Below, piece by piece: positions 55,733-62,980 of a stretch of DNA of 62,980 nt (position 1 is the first letter of the stretch; each line of letters begins with the position of its first letter). The position numbers and the translations under genes are program-made. The DNA comes from an uncultured virus (IMG/VR IMGVR_UViG_3300020416_000657) (Duplodnaviria > Heunggongvirae > Uroviricota > Caudoviricetes): the IMG/VR virus record IMGVR_UViG_3300020416_000657, one strand, 5' to 3'. A model generated the notes under the pieces. The model was not told where the DNA came from and searched no databases. It saw nothing but the letters and a program-made list of their open reading frames with translations.

Positions 55733-56603
55733 TTATAACCAAATTAGTATCGGCAATCTTATGGTAGAACTCAATGGTTCTAAAGATGGTGATATTAATA
55801 TAGATTTGGTTCGCCATATGATACTCAATACTTTGCGGAGTTATAAAACAAAGTATGGTGAGGAGTATGGTGACCTAGTAATTGCTTGTGATAACAGGAG
55901 ATATTGGAGGAGACAAGTATTTCCCCAATACAAGGCAAGTAGAAAGAAAACACGCGAGGATAGTGGGTACGATTGGACTTCTATCTTTGAGGGACTTTCA
56001 CTAATCAAGCACGAGTTACAACAACATATGCCGTATCCAGTTATAGATGTCGATGGTGCGGAGGCAGATGATGTTATTGGTACATTGGCAGAGTGGAGTC
56101 AAGAAAATGATTTGGTACAGGAGGGATTATTTGAATCACCTAAACCATTTCTTATTGTATCTGGTGACCACGATTTTCAACAGTTGCAGAAGTGGGATAA
56201 TGTCGCCCAGTTTTCGCCATTGAAGAAAAAGTTTATCAAGATTAAAGAATCCGCTGAAGCGATATTGAAAGAACATATCATACGCGGTGATAAAGGCGAT
56301 GGTGTACCAAATATATTGAGTGAGGATGATTCGTTTGTTGTAGGTAAACGACAGAGACCTATTCGTAAAACACTCATTGCTGAATGGAAAACGCAACAAC
56401 CACAAGAATGGGTGACAGGTGAAATGGCTGCTGCCTATATCCGAAATAAAACTATGGTGGATTTATCACAAACACCAGAGGATATTAAGGAACAAATAGT
56501 ATTCCAGTATACAGCACAGTTAAATAAGTCGGCTGAAGACATGTATAAATACTTTACGAACTTTAGTCTTGACAGACTTATTGAGGTGATTGATGAATTT
56601 TAA
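55719..56603 (+). CDS. rnh: T4 RNase H (5'-3' exonuclease)
   Basis: YWRR..FP.YKASRKK, EADDVIG, SGDHDF.QL, GDKGDGVPN. Confidence 0.95.
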   Translation: MILIDYNQISIGNLMVELNGSKDGDINIDLVRHMILNTLRSYKTKYGEEYGDLVIACDNRRYWRRQVFPQYKASRKKTREDSGYDWTSIFEGLSLIKHELQQHMPYPVIDVDGAEADDVIGTLAEWSQENDLVQEGLFESPKPFLIVSGDHDFQQLQKWDNVAQFSPLKKKFIKIKESAEAILKEHIIRGDKGDGVPNILSEDDSFVVGKRQRPIRKTLIAEWKTQQPQEWVTGEMAAAYIRNKTMVDLSQTPEDIKEQIVFQYTAQLNKSAEDMYKYFTNFSLDRLIEVIDEF

Positions 56604-56614
56604 TGAGGTAAAAC

Positions 56615-57106
56615 ATGAGAAAATTTAGACAAATGAATGAAGGTTTCGACTATGTATTTGAAGGAGAAACCGTAGGCGACCAAGTAAATCGCTTAAAAGA
56701 ATGGGGTCAAACCAACCAAACGCTAGTTCCTATAGTGCGAATTGGTGTAGGTGCGGAGAAACCAGAATGGGGATTACCAGAAGGAATGCCCGAAACTACT
56801 AAACTAGAAGAGGATACGCCAGATGGATTAGGTGCAACATCTATCCAAATGGAGTGGCGTAGAATCAAACAGTTTACAGAACCACAATCCAACATGAAGA
56901 ATCTGCCAACTTGGAAACAAGAAATGAATTGGTTACAGATTCTTGAGGGTGTACATCCAGCAGAGGCAAAGATATTAACTGCCGTGAAGGATGGTACTTT
57001 ACTTGGACTGTACCCGAAGTTAGAAAAACTAATGGAACCTCTGGGCATTACTGAATACAATAAACCCAAGAAAAAGAGGGCAACCAGAAAGAAAAAGGAA
57101 GGATAA
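56615..57106 (+). CDS. Hypothetical protein
   Basis: LPEG.P...QILEGVHPAEA.IL..VKD; TATAAATA at 56544. Confidence 0.8.
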   Translation: MRKFRQMNEGFDYVFEGETVGDQVNRLKEWGQTNQTLVPIVRIGVGAEKPEWGLPEGMPETTKLEEDTPDGLGATSIQMEWRRIKQFTEPQSNMKNLPTWKQEMNWLQILEGVHPAEAKILTAVKDGTLLGLYPKLEKLMEPLGITEYNKPKKKRATRKKKEG

Positions 57107-57360
57107 TGGCGGACTTAACCAATCAACTAATCCACACTTTAAAAATCTATTTTGATAGTCAGATAAACAAGCATAAAATAAATGTACAAGTTCTGATGCA
57201 AAAAGGCGTGGGAGTTGCAGAACATCCAGATATAATGCAAACGATTGAGGATGAACTTGGCAAAATTGCTGAATTCAAGGATAAACTAGAAGCACTTGAT
57301 GACCTTGAAGTATCAGAAGAGAATCAGCTGAGTTTTTTAAGGGAAGATGGCACGACCTAG
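57106..57360 (+). CDS. Hypothetical protein
   Basis: VGVAEHPDI..TIE.EL. Confidence 0.75.
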   Translation: MADLTNQLIHTLKIYFDSQINKHKINVQVLMQKGVGVAEHPDIMQTIEDELGKIAEFKDKLEALDDLEVSEENQLSFLREDGTT

Positions 57361-57877
57361 TAGATTCTTTTTGTTTAAATGCGGTGGTTGGAAGAATGAA
57401 TTTTGGATTGTAGATGAAAATAGTCTACAGGAAGTCCCAAAACCACGCGAGATGATAATCAAATTCTCTACCGTTGAAAAGGTCAGAGAGTATGTTATCA
57501 CACAAAACCCAACAGACCTACCGATAGTTGATAGATGCAGAGACCGTACCGCTTGGCACACGCCAGAGGGTCGAGAACGCATAAAACAAGCTAAACTAGG
57601 TCAAAGTAACCCCAATTCTACAGGATTGTCAGAGGCGCACAGAGCGAAGATATCGCAGACTATGACAGGTACGCGAAGGGGTGAATTCAATCCCATGTAT
57701 GGGAGACAACACAAAGCACATACCATAGAACTAATACGACAGAAGGCATACGCACGCCCCAAAATGAGGTGGTGTGTAGAACCATCTGGCAAGTCCCATT
57801 TGATACGAGCTGACGGTGAAATACCCGAAGAATGGCAATGGGGACGATATTACGACAAATACAGACCAAATGAGTGA
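57347..57877 (+). CDS. NUMOD3-motif DNA-binding protein
   Basis: HTPEGRERIK, LSEAHRAKIS, GEFNPMYGRQHK repeats; no nuclease motif seen. Confidence 0.7.
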   Translation: MARPSRFFLFKCGGWKNEFWIVDENSLQEVPKPREMIIKFSTVEKVREYVITQNPTDLPIVDRCRDRTAWHTPEGRERIKQAKLGQSNPNSTGLSEAHRAKISQTMTGTRRGEFNPMYGRQHKAHTIELIRQKAYARPKMRWCVEPSGKSHLIRADGEIPEEWQWGRYYDKYRPNE

Positions 57878-57911
57878 AAATTATTTTCATTTTTTTTGCT
57901 TTTTCCAGTTA

Positions 57912-57980
57912 AATCAATGACTTACAGAGGCGGATTTTTCGCCCAAACGCTTGACTTTTGCCCCCAATTCTGTCATGATC
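57912..57980 (+). promoter_or_regulatory. IHF-consensus site plus promoter with GATC overlapping -10
   Basis: AATCAATGACTTA 57912-24; TTGACT 57951-56, 17 nt, CATGAT, GATC 57977-80. Confidence 0.75.
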
Positions 57981-58012
57981 ATTATGTAAGATAAATCATG
58001 AGAGGAAATAAT

Positions 58013-58261
58013 ATGACAAATAAAATCAATTTCGTAGGTGCAAAAGATGGTGGTCTTGTGTTCGTTCTTGAGAATGACACTTATGAGAACAACATTCACG
58101 GCAAAAACCTTGAAGAGTGTGCTTTGATTATCGCAAAACACGGTCTTGCTGACAGGGTGATGGGTTCTTCTTCAATGGACTTTGCTAGTGAGGATGGATT
58201 TGAAACCGATGATGGTGCGATGACTATGTACCAATATGCAATCAAATTGGCGGGAGTTTAA
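58013..58261 (+). CDS. Hypothetical early protein
   Basis: RBS GAGG; SSSMDFA.E.GF motif. Confidence 0.75.
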   Translation: MTNKINFVGAKDGGLVFVLENDTYENNIHGKNLEECALIIAKHGLADRVMGSSSMDFASEDGFETDDGAMTMYQYAIKLAGV

Positions 58262-58262
58262 T

Positions 58263-58487
58263 ATGGCAGAACAAGAAATCGCATTGACAGTAACTATGAA
58301 TCAGTTGATTGAGAAAATGGGTGCCCCCAAAGGCACTACCTATGACCAGTTAGATGCTGGACAACAAGCACATATCGATGGATATTGTGAACAATTTGAT
58401 GATGAGATTGACCACGCTGGTGGCCAATGTTTTTGTGGCGAGTACGGATGCCCAGATGCGTATGTACATGCTACGAGTGGGTGGTAA
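58263..58487 (+). CDS. Hypothetical protein with C-terminal Cys/His cluster
   Basis: CFCG...CPDAYVHATSGW. Confidence 0.7.
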   Translation: MAEQEIALTVTMNQLIEKMGAPKGTTYDQLDAGQQAHIDGYCEQFDDEIDHAGGQCFCGEYGCPDAYVHATSGW

Positions 58488-59089
58488 TGGTTAAACATAA
58501 AAAAGTAATTTTGACGGATTGTGATGGAGTCTGCCTAGATTGGGAGACTGCATTTTTCACATGGATGGCGCATAATGGGATGAACCCAGTAGGCGAAGAT
58601 TGGAAACTCAAGTATAAAGTTTCCCAGAGATTTGGCGTAACGCAGGCAGAAGGTCAGAGATTGACTAATCAGTTCAACAGTTCTGCCGCTATCGGATTTC
58701 TGCCCCCTCTGAGGGATGCACAACACTATATGAAATTGTTGGCAGAGAAACACGGATATAAGTTTGTCGCTGTCACTAGTTTACATAGTGACCCATACGC
58801 ACAAGAGTTGAGAACTCAAAACCTTAAAAAGTTATTTGGAGAAGATACATTTCTGGAGTATCACTATTTGGATTGTGGTGCTGACAAAGATGATATACTT
58901 GAAGAATTGAGTCATAAATACTACGGCGCTCCTTGGATAGAGGACAAGTATGTCAATGTTGAAGTTGGCATGAAAGTAGGATTCCAAGGATTTCTAATCG
59001 AACACGGGCATAACCTAAACTATGAAGGGGATGCTACGGTTGTCAAAAATTGGGAGCAAATATATGACACGCTTACTACAGGAAGTTGA
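58487..59089 (+). CDS. HAD-family nucleotidase-like protein (T4 30.2-like)
   Basis: ILTDCDGV, VTSL, WIEDK. Confidence 0.85.
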   Translation: MVKHKKVILTDCDGVCLDWETAFFTWMAHNGMNPVGEDWKLKYKVSQRFGVTQAEGQRLTNQFNSSAAIGFLPPLRDAQHYMKLLAEKHGYKFVAVTSLHSDPYAQELRTQNLKKLFGEDTFLEYHYLDCGADKDDILEELSHKYYGAPWIEDKYVNVEVGMKVGFQGFLIEHGHNLNYEGDATVVKNWEQIYDTLTTGS

Positions 59090-59246
59090 CCACGATTTAG
59101 GTCTTGAATTTGACTCATTTTGCCATGAGTTGTTTCACCAGAATTGTTCAGAGAGGGAAGCATATAACGAACCTCTGCTCACTTTTGAAGAATATGTGGC
59201 AAAGTGCAAGGATTTTCTAATAGAAGAATTTAAAAAGAGGAGTTAA
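59064..59246 (+). CDS. Hypothetical protein
   Basis: RBS GGAG; NC.ER.AY...TF.EY. Confidence 0.65.
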   Translation: MTRLLQEVDHDLGLEFDSFCHELFHQNCSEREAYNEPLLTFEEYVAKCKDFLIEEFKKRS

Positions 59247-59247
59247 C

Positions 59248-59481
59248 ATGATTGGTCTTGAATTGGCCGCTGCCATATTGGGCATCGGTTTTTATCTAGC
59301 ATACCAAATGGGATTTAAAAAAGGAACAAACGCATCCGCCCATGCCACTATGATTATCATGAGGGAATTTCTCAATCATAGTCAAGGTTCAGATTGGACA
59401 GATATCACGCTGGGCAAAAACATGAACCGCGTACATAGATGGATAGCGGAGATGGATAATGGCGAGGAAGAAAAATCCTAG
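59248..59481 (+). CDS. Hypothetical membrane protein
   Basis: RBS GAGGAG; N-terminal TM. Confidence 0.7.
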   Translation: MIGLELAAAILGIGFYLAYQMGFKKGTNASAHATMIIMREFLNHSQGSDWTDITLGKNMNRVHRWIAEMDNGEEEKS

Positions 59482-59800
59482 TTTAATTCAATACGAATCT
59501 ATGCTCCAGAAATTCAATTGGAATTGGGAGATGGATTATGAGATGGAACAAATGGACGATGTGCCGATAAAAATACGCTCTAAGAATGAGGCGATTGAGG
59601 ACGAATTGATAAATTACAGTATGATATCACCAATGCATACCGAGTTATATAACGCTCATATGGTGTACGCGACTGAGGATGGCCCGAAACCTAAACTATG
59701 GAAAGCGGGAAAAGAAAACGGAAAAACTGTCTACAAAATCATGCACGATAACGGTGACGGTTTAATTTTTGATTGGAGAAAACAACATGTACGAATATAA
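59459..59800 (+). CDS. Hypothetical protein
   Basis: Coupled 113-aa ORF. Confidence 0.7.
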   Translation: MARKKNPSLIQYESMLQKFNWNWEMDYEMEQMDDVPIKIRSKNEAIEDELINYSMISPMHTELYNAHMVYATEDGPKPKLWKAGKENGKTVYKIMHDNGDGLIFDWRKQHVRI

Positions 59801-60152
59801 TGTAGTAATACAACGCTGGGTGGATGGCGATACAGTAGATGTCGATATAGATTTAGGCTTTGGTGTATGGTTAAATGACCAGCGCGTAAGACTGGCAGGC
59901 ATCAACGCCCCAGAAAGCAGAACGCGAGACTTAGAAGAGAAGAAACTAGGACTGGCGGCAAAAGACTTCTGTAAAAACTTCTGTAAAGAAGGAGAGTATG
60001 CTAAATTGGTGTGTAAGAAGTATGATGCCAAGGGCAAATTCGGAAGGATTCTAGGGGAGATTTGGAGCGTAACGCAATTCGCAGATAAATCATTGAACGA
60101 ATATTTACTTGATAAGGGACACGCTACAGAATATCATGGCGGCAAAAGGTAG
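59787..60152 (+). CDS. Thermonuclease (SNase-like)
   Basis: VDGDT, RVRLAGINAPE, GKFGRILG. Confidence 0.9.
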   Translation: MYEYNVVIQRWVDGDTVDVDIDLGFGVWLNDQRVRLAGINAPESRTRDLEEKKLGLAAKDFCKNFCKEGEYAKLVCKKYDAKGKFGRILGEIWSVTQFADKSLNEYLLDKGHATEYHGGKR

Positions 60153-61110
60153 TCTATCCAGAAATCTAATTACAGGCGGTTGCTCTTTCACGGCACATAA
60201 GACGCGAGAAACTCTAGCATGGGCTGAACAATTAGAAGAGAAATACGATAATGTGATTAACACCGCTGAGATGGCAAGCGGGAATCAGATTATCTGTGAC
60301 AGGATATGCTACGAATTAAGTAAACCAGAAGTAACGAGTGAGAACACCGCTGTCGCCGTTATGTGGTCATCGCCATATAGAAAAGAATTCCTATTCACAT
60401 ATGATGACCCAGACTATACAGAGATATGGCAAAAATTCAAAGACAAAATAGGATTCAGCAACTATATTCTAACAGATAAACAACACGAGAAACATTCCAC
60501 ATCCAACTGGCTTATAGTAGGGGGCGGATATGGCATCTGGAATTACGAAGTAACGCCGCTGGACGCTAGATTGAAAAACTATTTTACTGACATATACAAT
60601 CCCGAAGAGGCATATGTAAGCACTCTGAGGGCCATGATTACTGTACAAGCGTTATGTGAGGCGAAGAAAATCCCGCTGTTAAACATGTGCTGGCAGAATG
60701 TCTTTCATGATTTGGGGAGTAGAGATTTCGAGAGTGAGCAGAGTTTTTGGAAAAAGGATATAGTTAGCACGACAGGATGGTTATATACGCGACTGAGAAC
60801 AGCATTTAGCAACAGATTACGCGATAAAGGATTACTGAATGAACAGGAAATGAAATCCGATATGCATAACAAAAGGATTGATAGATTATATCCCAATACA
60901 AAACATTGGTTTGAGCTAATCGATTGGGGTACATGGCATTTCTATGAGAACGAATTAATACAGAAAGGTGGATTACAGGAGTTTGCTCATTTTGAGTGTA
61001 AAGTAAAGAGTGAGGATTTAAATAAACATCCAAGCACAAAAACACAGATAAAATGGCGAAAAAGAATAATGAAAGAACTTGAGGAGCGATATGGAGTGGA
61101 AGAAATTTAA
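60136..61110 (+). CDS. SGNH-like hypothetical protein (paralog 4)
   Basis: GGCSFT, ASGN, VMWSS..R.E, KHPS. Confidence 0.6.
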   Translation: MAAKGSLSRNLITGGCSFTAHKTRETLAWAEQLEEKYDNVINTAEMASGNQIICDRICYELSKPEVTSENTAVAVMWSSPYRKEFLFTYDDPDYTEIWQKFKDKIGFSNYILTDKQHEKHSTSNWLIVGGGYGIWNYEVTPLDARLKNYFTDIYNPEEAYVSTLRAMITVQALCEAKKIPLLNMCWQNVFHDLGSRDFESEQSFWKKDIVSTTGWLYTRLRTAFSNRLRDKGLLNEQEMKSDMHNKRIDRLYPNTKHWFELIDWGTWHFYENELIQKGGLQEFAHFECKVKSEDLNKHPSTKTQIKWRKRIMKELEERYGVEEI

Positions 61111-61294
61111 ACAAACATTATGGGGCAGTAAAGAGGAACGAATACAGGAAGTAGTCGCTGACCCCGCTGATTTGAGTGTAGAGAACGCATATAAGACAAG
61201 ATGGATATGGTATCACACTATATTAGGGTTGCTTATGCTAGTCGCTGATATACTCTTGGTAGGAATATTAATCGTTTTAGCAATCAAACTGTGA
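61091..61294 (+). CDS. Small membrane protein
   Basis: RBS GAGGAG; NAYKTRWIWYHTIL plus TM. Confidence 0.7.
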   Translation: MEWKKFKQTLWGSKEERIQEVVADPADLSVENAYKTRWIWYHTILGLLMLVADILLVGILIVLAIKL

Positions 61295-61302
61295 GGAGAG
61301 TC

Positions 61303-61452
61303 ATGAATAATGTTTTAATTTTATTAATCGGTATCTGGATAGGTATGGGAATGCCTCTGCCAGACTGTATATTCACTTATTGTACTGAGGAAGCAGCGTA
61401 TGAAGAAACATGGGACAAAGGTAAATCGTGTGGAGAGTATGAGTCGCAATGA
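61303..61452 (+). CDS. Small secreted/membrane peptide (49 aa)
   Basis: RBS GAGGAG; MNNVLILLIGIWIGMG... Confidence 0.6.
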   Translation: MNNVLILLIGIWIGMGMPLPDCIFTYCTEEAAYEETWDKGKSCGEYESQ

Positions 61453-61650
61453 GCATACCAGACTTAAACGCATTAGTAATAAGACAATTAGGAGAGCGGG
61501 TAAACGACACACAGAGAGTTCTGTACTTGAACTGTGGAGGGAAAAAAGTGGGAAATAGTGGTAATCTAAATCCGCGAGTGAGCAGGAGTGAGCGCCGCCG
61601 CCCTTCCGAAAAATCAGACGCCGCTGCCGCTCCCAGACGCGGTAAACAGA

Positions 61651-61680
61651 GATCATACCACAGCACAGCACTAATGTCAA
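61651..61680 (-). promoter_or_regulatory. Leftward sigma70-type promoter with GATC overlapping -10
   Basis: Minus strand TTGACA-17-TATGAT(C) with TG extension. Confidence 0.65.
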
Positions 61681-61744
61681 GCACTTTCCGCCATCTGTGG
61701 TGGCAGTGGCTGTGAAAATAATTCGTCTTTTTTGAAGAAAACGC

Positions 61745-61773
61745 TTGACAACTGCTATTTCCATGTGTATAAT
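61745..61773 (+). promoter_or_regulatory. Consensus sigma70 promoter
   Basis: TTGACA-17-TATAAT. Confidence 0.8.
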
Positions 61774-61808
61774 AAGGTGTCGCCTTTAAGAAGAGATATG
61801 GCTGCTGC

Positions 61809-61879
61809 TAAGTGATTGATATATAAGGGAAATAAAAGATAAAATAATCCTTGACATCTGGTCTCATTTATGGGATCAT
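61809..61879 (+). promoter_or_regulatory. IHF-consensus site (reverse) plus promoter with GATCAT -10
   Basis: TAAGTGATTGATA 61809-21; TTGACA 61851-56, 17 nt, GATCAT 61874-79. Confidence 0.8.
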
Positions 61880-61884
61880 ATACA

Positions 61885-62297
61885 CATACTGAGAGATGAG
61901 GAGATTGACCATGGCATGACGATAGATTAAACCCCAGTTAAACCGCACCATCTCACCTGTGTTGAGGTTCAGAAAGAGTGCTATCGGGGTCGGATATGAA
62001 CACAGGGGCCGATTTGAAAGGTGGCATTGACCACGCTCCGATGAGGCCATGGCAGGGGGGACGCAGCCCCATCAAAAGGCGGAGAGAAACTTAAAAGGAG
62101 AGCCCAGTAGGGCAGGGCAGAGTAAGGACTATCTGCTAGCAGGGTTGTGCCTCAATACACACGCGCTCCCCCACGGTTAGGGGAGCATCACTCGGCGAGG
62201 GCAGGGGTCAGGCGGGCCTATGCTTTGGGATCGGGGTGGACGCCCTTACAAGGGCATCTGGCATCCCCCCATATATGAAACGATTTTAATTTTTTTT
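61885..62297 (+). ncRNA. Candidate ~400-nt structured non-coding RNA
   Basis: Follows a strong promoter, no credible ORF, GC-rich relative to the genome, many helices, ends in a GC hairpin and T-run. Confidence 0.6.
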
Positions 62298-62328
62298 GCC
62301 GACAGAAATTTTCCGCCCAGAGGTTTTT

Positions 62329-62766
62329 ATGACAGATATAATTTTTGATGTAGATGGCACTCTTATGGATATAGAACATAGGAGGCATTTCGTCACACAG
62401 CGCCCCAAGGACTTTAAATCGTTTCGAGAACATACAAAATTCGATACTAGAAAAGAGGATATCTTTGCCATTGCGGATGCGTTACAGGCACAGGGGCATC
62501 GTATTCTTATATCTACAGGGCGTATTAAGGATGAGCATGATATCACCGTTAAACAGATACGAGATGGCGGTATAGACTTTGATGCCATATACATGCGTTC
62601 TAATACAGATTACCGTCCCGATGATGAATTAAAAGCAGGATACTTACAGCGTATGCGTTTAGATGGTTACAATCCTACTATGGCATTTGATGACCGTCAG
62701 CGTGTTGTGGATATGTTTCGTTCTAAGGGATTAACAGTATTTCAAGTGGCAGAAGGAGATTTCTAA
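62329..62766 (+). CDS. HAD phosphatase resembling the 3'-phosphatase domain of T4 polynucleotide kinase
   Basis: FDVDGTL, STGR, MR...DYRPD..LK, FDDR..VV.M, QVAEGDF. Confidence 0.88.
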   Translation: MTDIIFDVDGTLMDIEHRRHFVTQRPKDFKSFREHTKFDTRKEDIFAIADALQAQGHRILISTGRIKDEHDITVKQIRDGGIDFDAIYMRSNTDYRPDDELKAGYLQRMRLDGYNPTMAFDDRQRVVDMFRSKGLTVFQVAEGDF

Positions 62767-62980
62767 ATGGGAGTATATGGACATTCTACACCCCCACCAG
62801 AGGATAGACCTTCGTATGAGGAGTGGAGCAAAGACAAGTATGACCGATATGCGGATGATTTCGATTTAAACGCGATTGGGACATTAATGCATATACTCTG
62901 GAAAGGGAAGTGGTTCTTTATTCCAGCGGTTCTGCTTGTACTTCTATATAAACCTATCTATTGGACAGTTCTGAATGTGT
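62767..62980 (+). CDS. Hypothetical membrane protein, truncated at window end
   Basis: RBS AAGGAG; open frame MGVYGHSTPP... to the edge. Confidence 0.65.
   Translation, partial: MGVYGHSTPPPEDRPSYEEWSKDKYDRYADDFDLNAIGTLMHILWKGKWFFIPAVLLVLLYKPIYWTVLNV

Noticed and set aside
61449..61715. 88-aa + strand ORF
   Set aside because: It has an ATGA overlap, but composition is atypical and it spans a GC-rich structured segment and a minus-strand promoter; not called as a CDS
62005..62280. tmRNA or RNase P identity for the structured region (GGGGCCGATT resembles a tmRNA 5' end)
   Set aside because: No T-arm or CCA acceptor end, no tag ORF, and no RNase P GAGGAAAGUCC-type motif
350..62594. Many minus-strand and alternate-frame ORFs in the ORF track (e.g. 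6708-7127, 8895-9290, 21156-21614, 32806-33381, 40415-40981)
   Set aside because: They shadow well-supported + strand genes, lack RBS or recognisable motifs, and mirror the sense codon bias
1..62980. CRISPR arrays, tRNAs, integrase or transposase
   Set aside because: No regularly spaced repeats, cloverleaf with T-loop, or recombinase motifs seen by eye; tRNAscan-SE and a CRISPR finder would confirm

Overview
About 63 kb of an AT-rich T4-like myophage genome, probably aquatic with a Gram-negative host. Essentially all genes are on the + strand. The core replication, recombination and nucleotide genes are present (gp47, gp46, gp45, gp44, gp62, regA, gp43, uvsX, gp41, gp61, thyX, nrdA/B, dCMP deaminase, rnh). 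Auxiliary genes include def, iscU, iscA, a peroxiredoxin, hsp20, a CobS/vWA pair and a TonB-dependent receptor. There are candidate DNA-modification genes (a T4 beta-glucosyltransferase-like enzyme with a cytidylyltransferase and cupin, and a Mom-like GNAT), a spanin/holin cassette, a lysozyme, and a late block of probable capsid-packaged polyproteins. The most unusual signal is a candidate regulatory system. GATC is almost purged from the window, yet it is kept in or overlapping the -10 box of eight sigma70-type promoters. Five of these have IHF-consensus sites and AG-rich leaders, and a hairpin RNA at 12416-12472 has a CU-rich loop complementary to those leaders. Other observations: CCGG, CCWGG and GGNCC survive only where they overlap GCC (possible GpC cytosine modification), a ROSE-like thermometer precedes hsp20, a switch-like RNA lies at 26.8 kb, a ~400-nt structured non-coding region lies at 61.9-62.3 kb, and there is a 16-aa peptide with 8 Cys. 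All motif counts are by eye and all family calls are from remembered motifs, not database searches.
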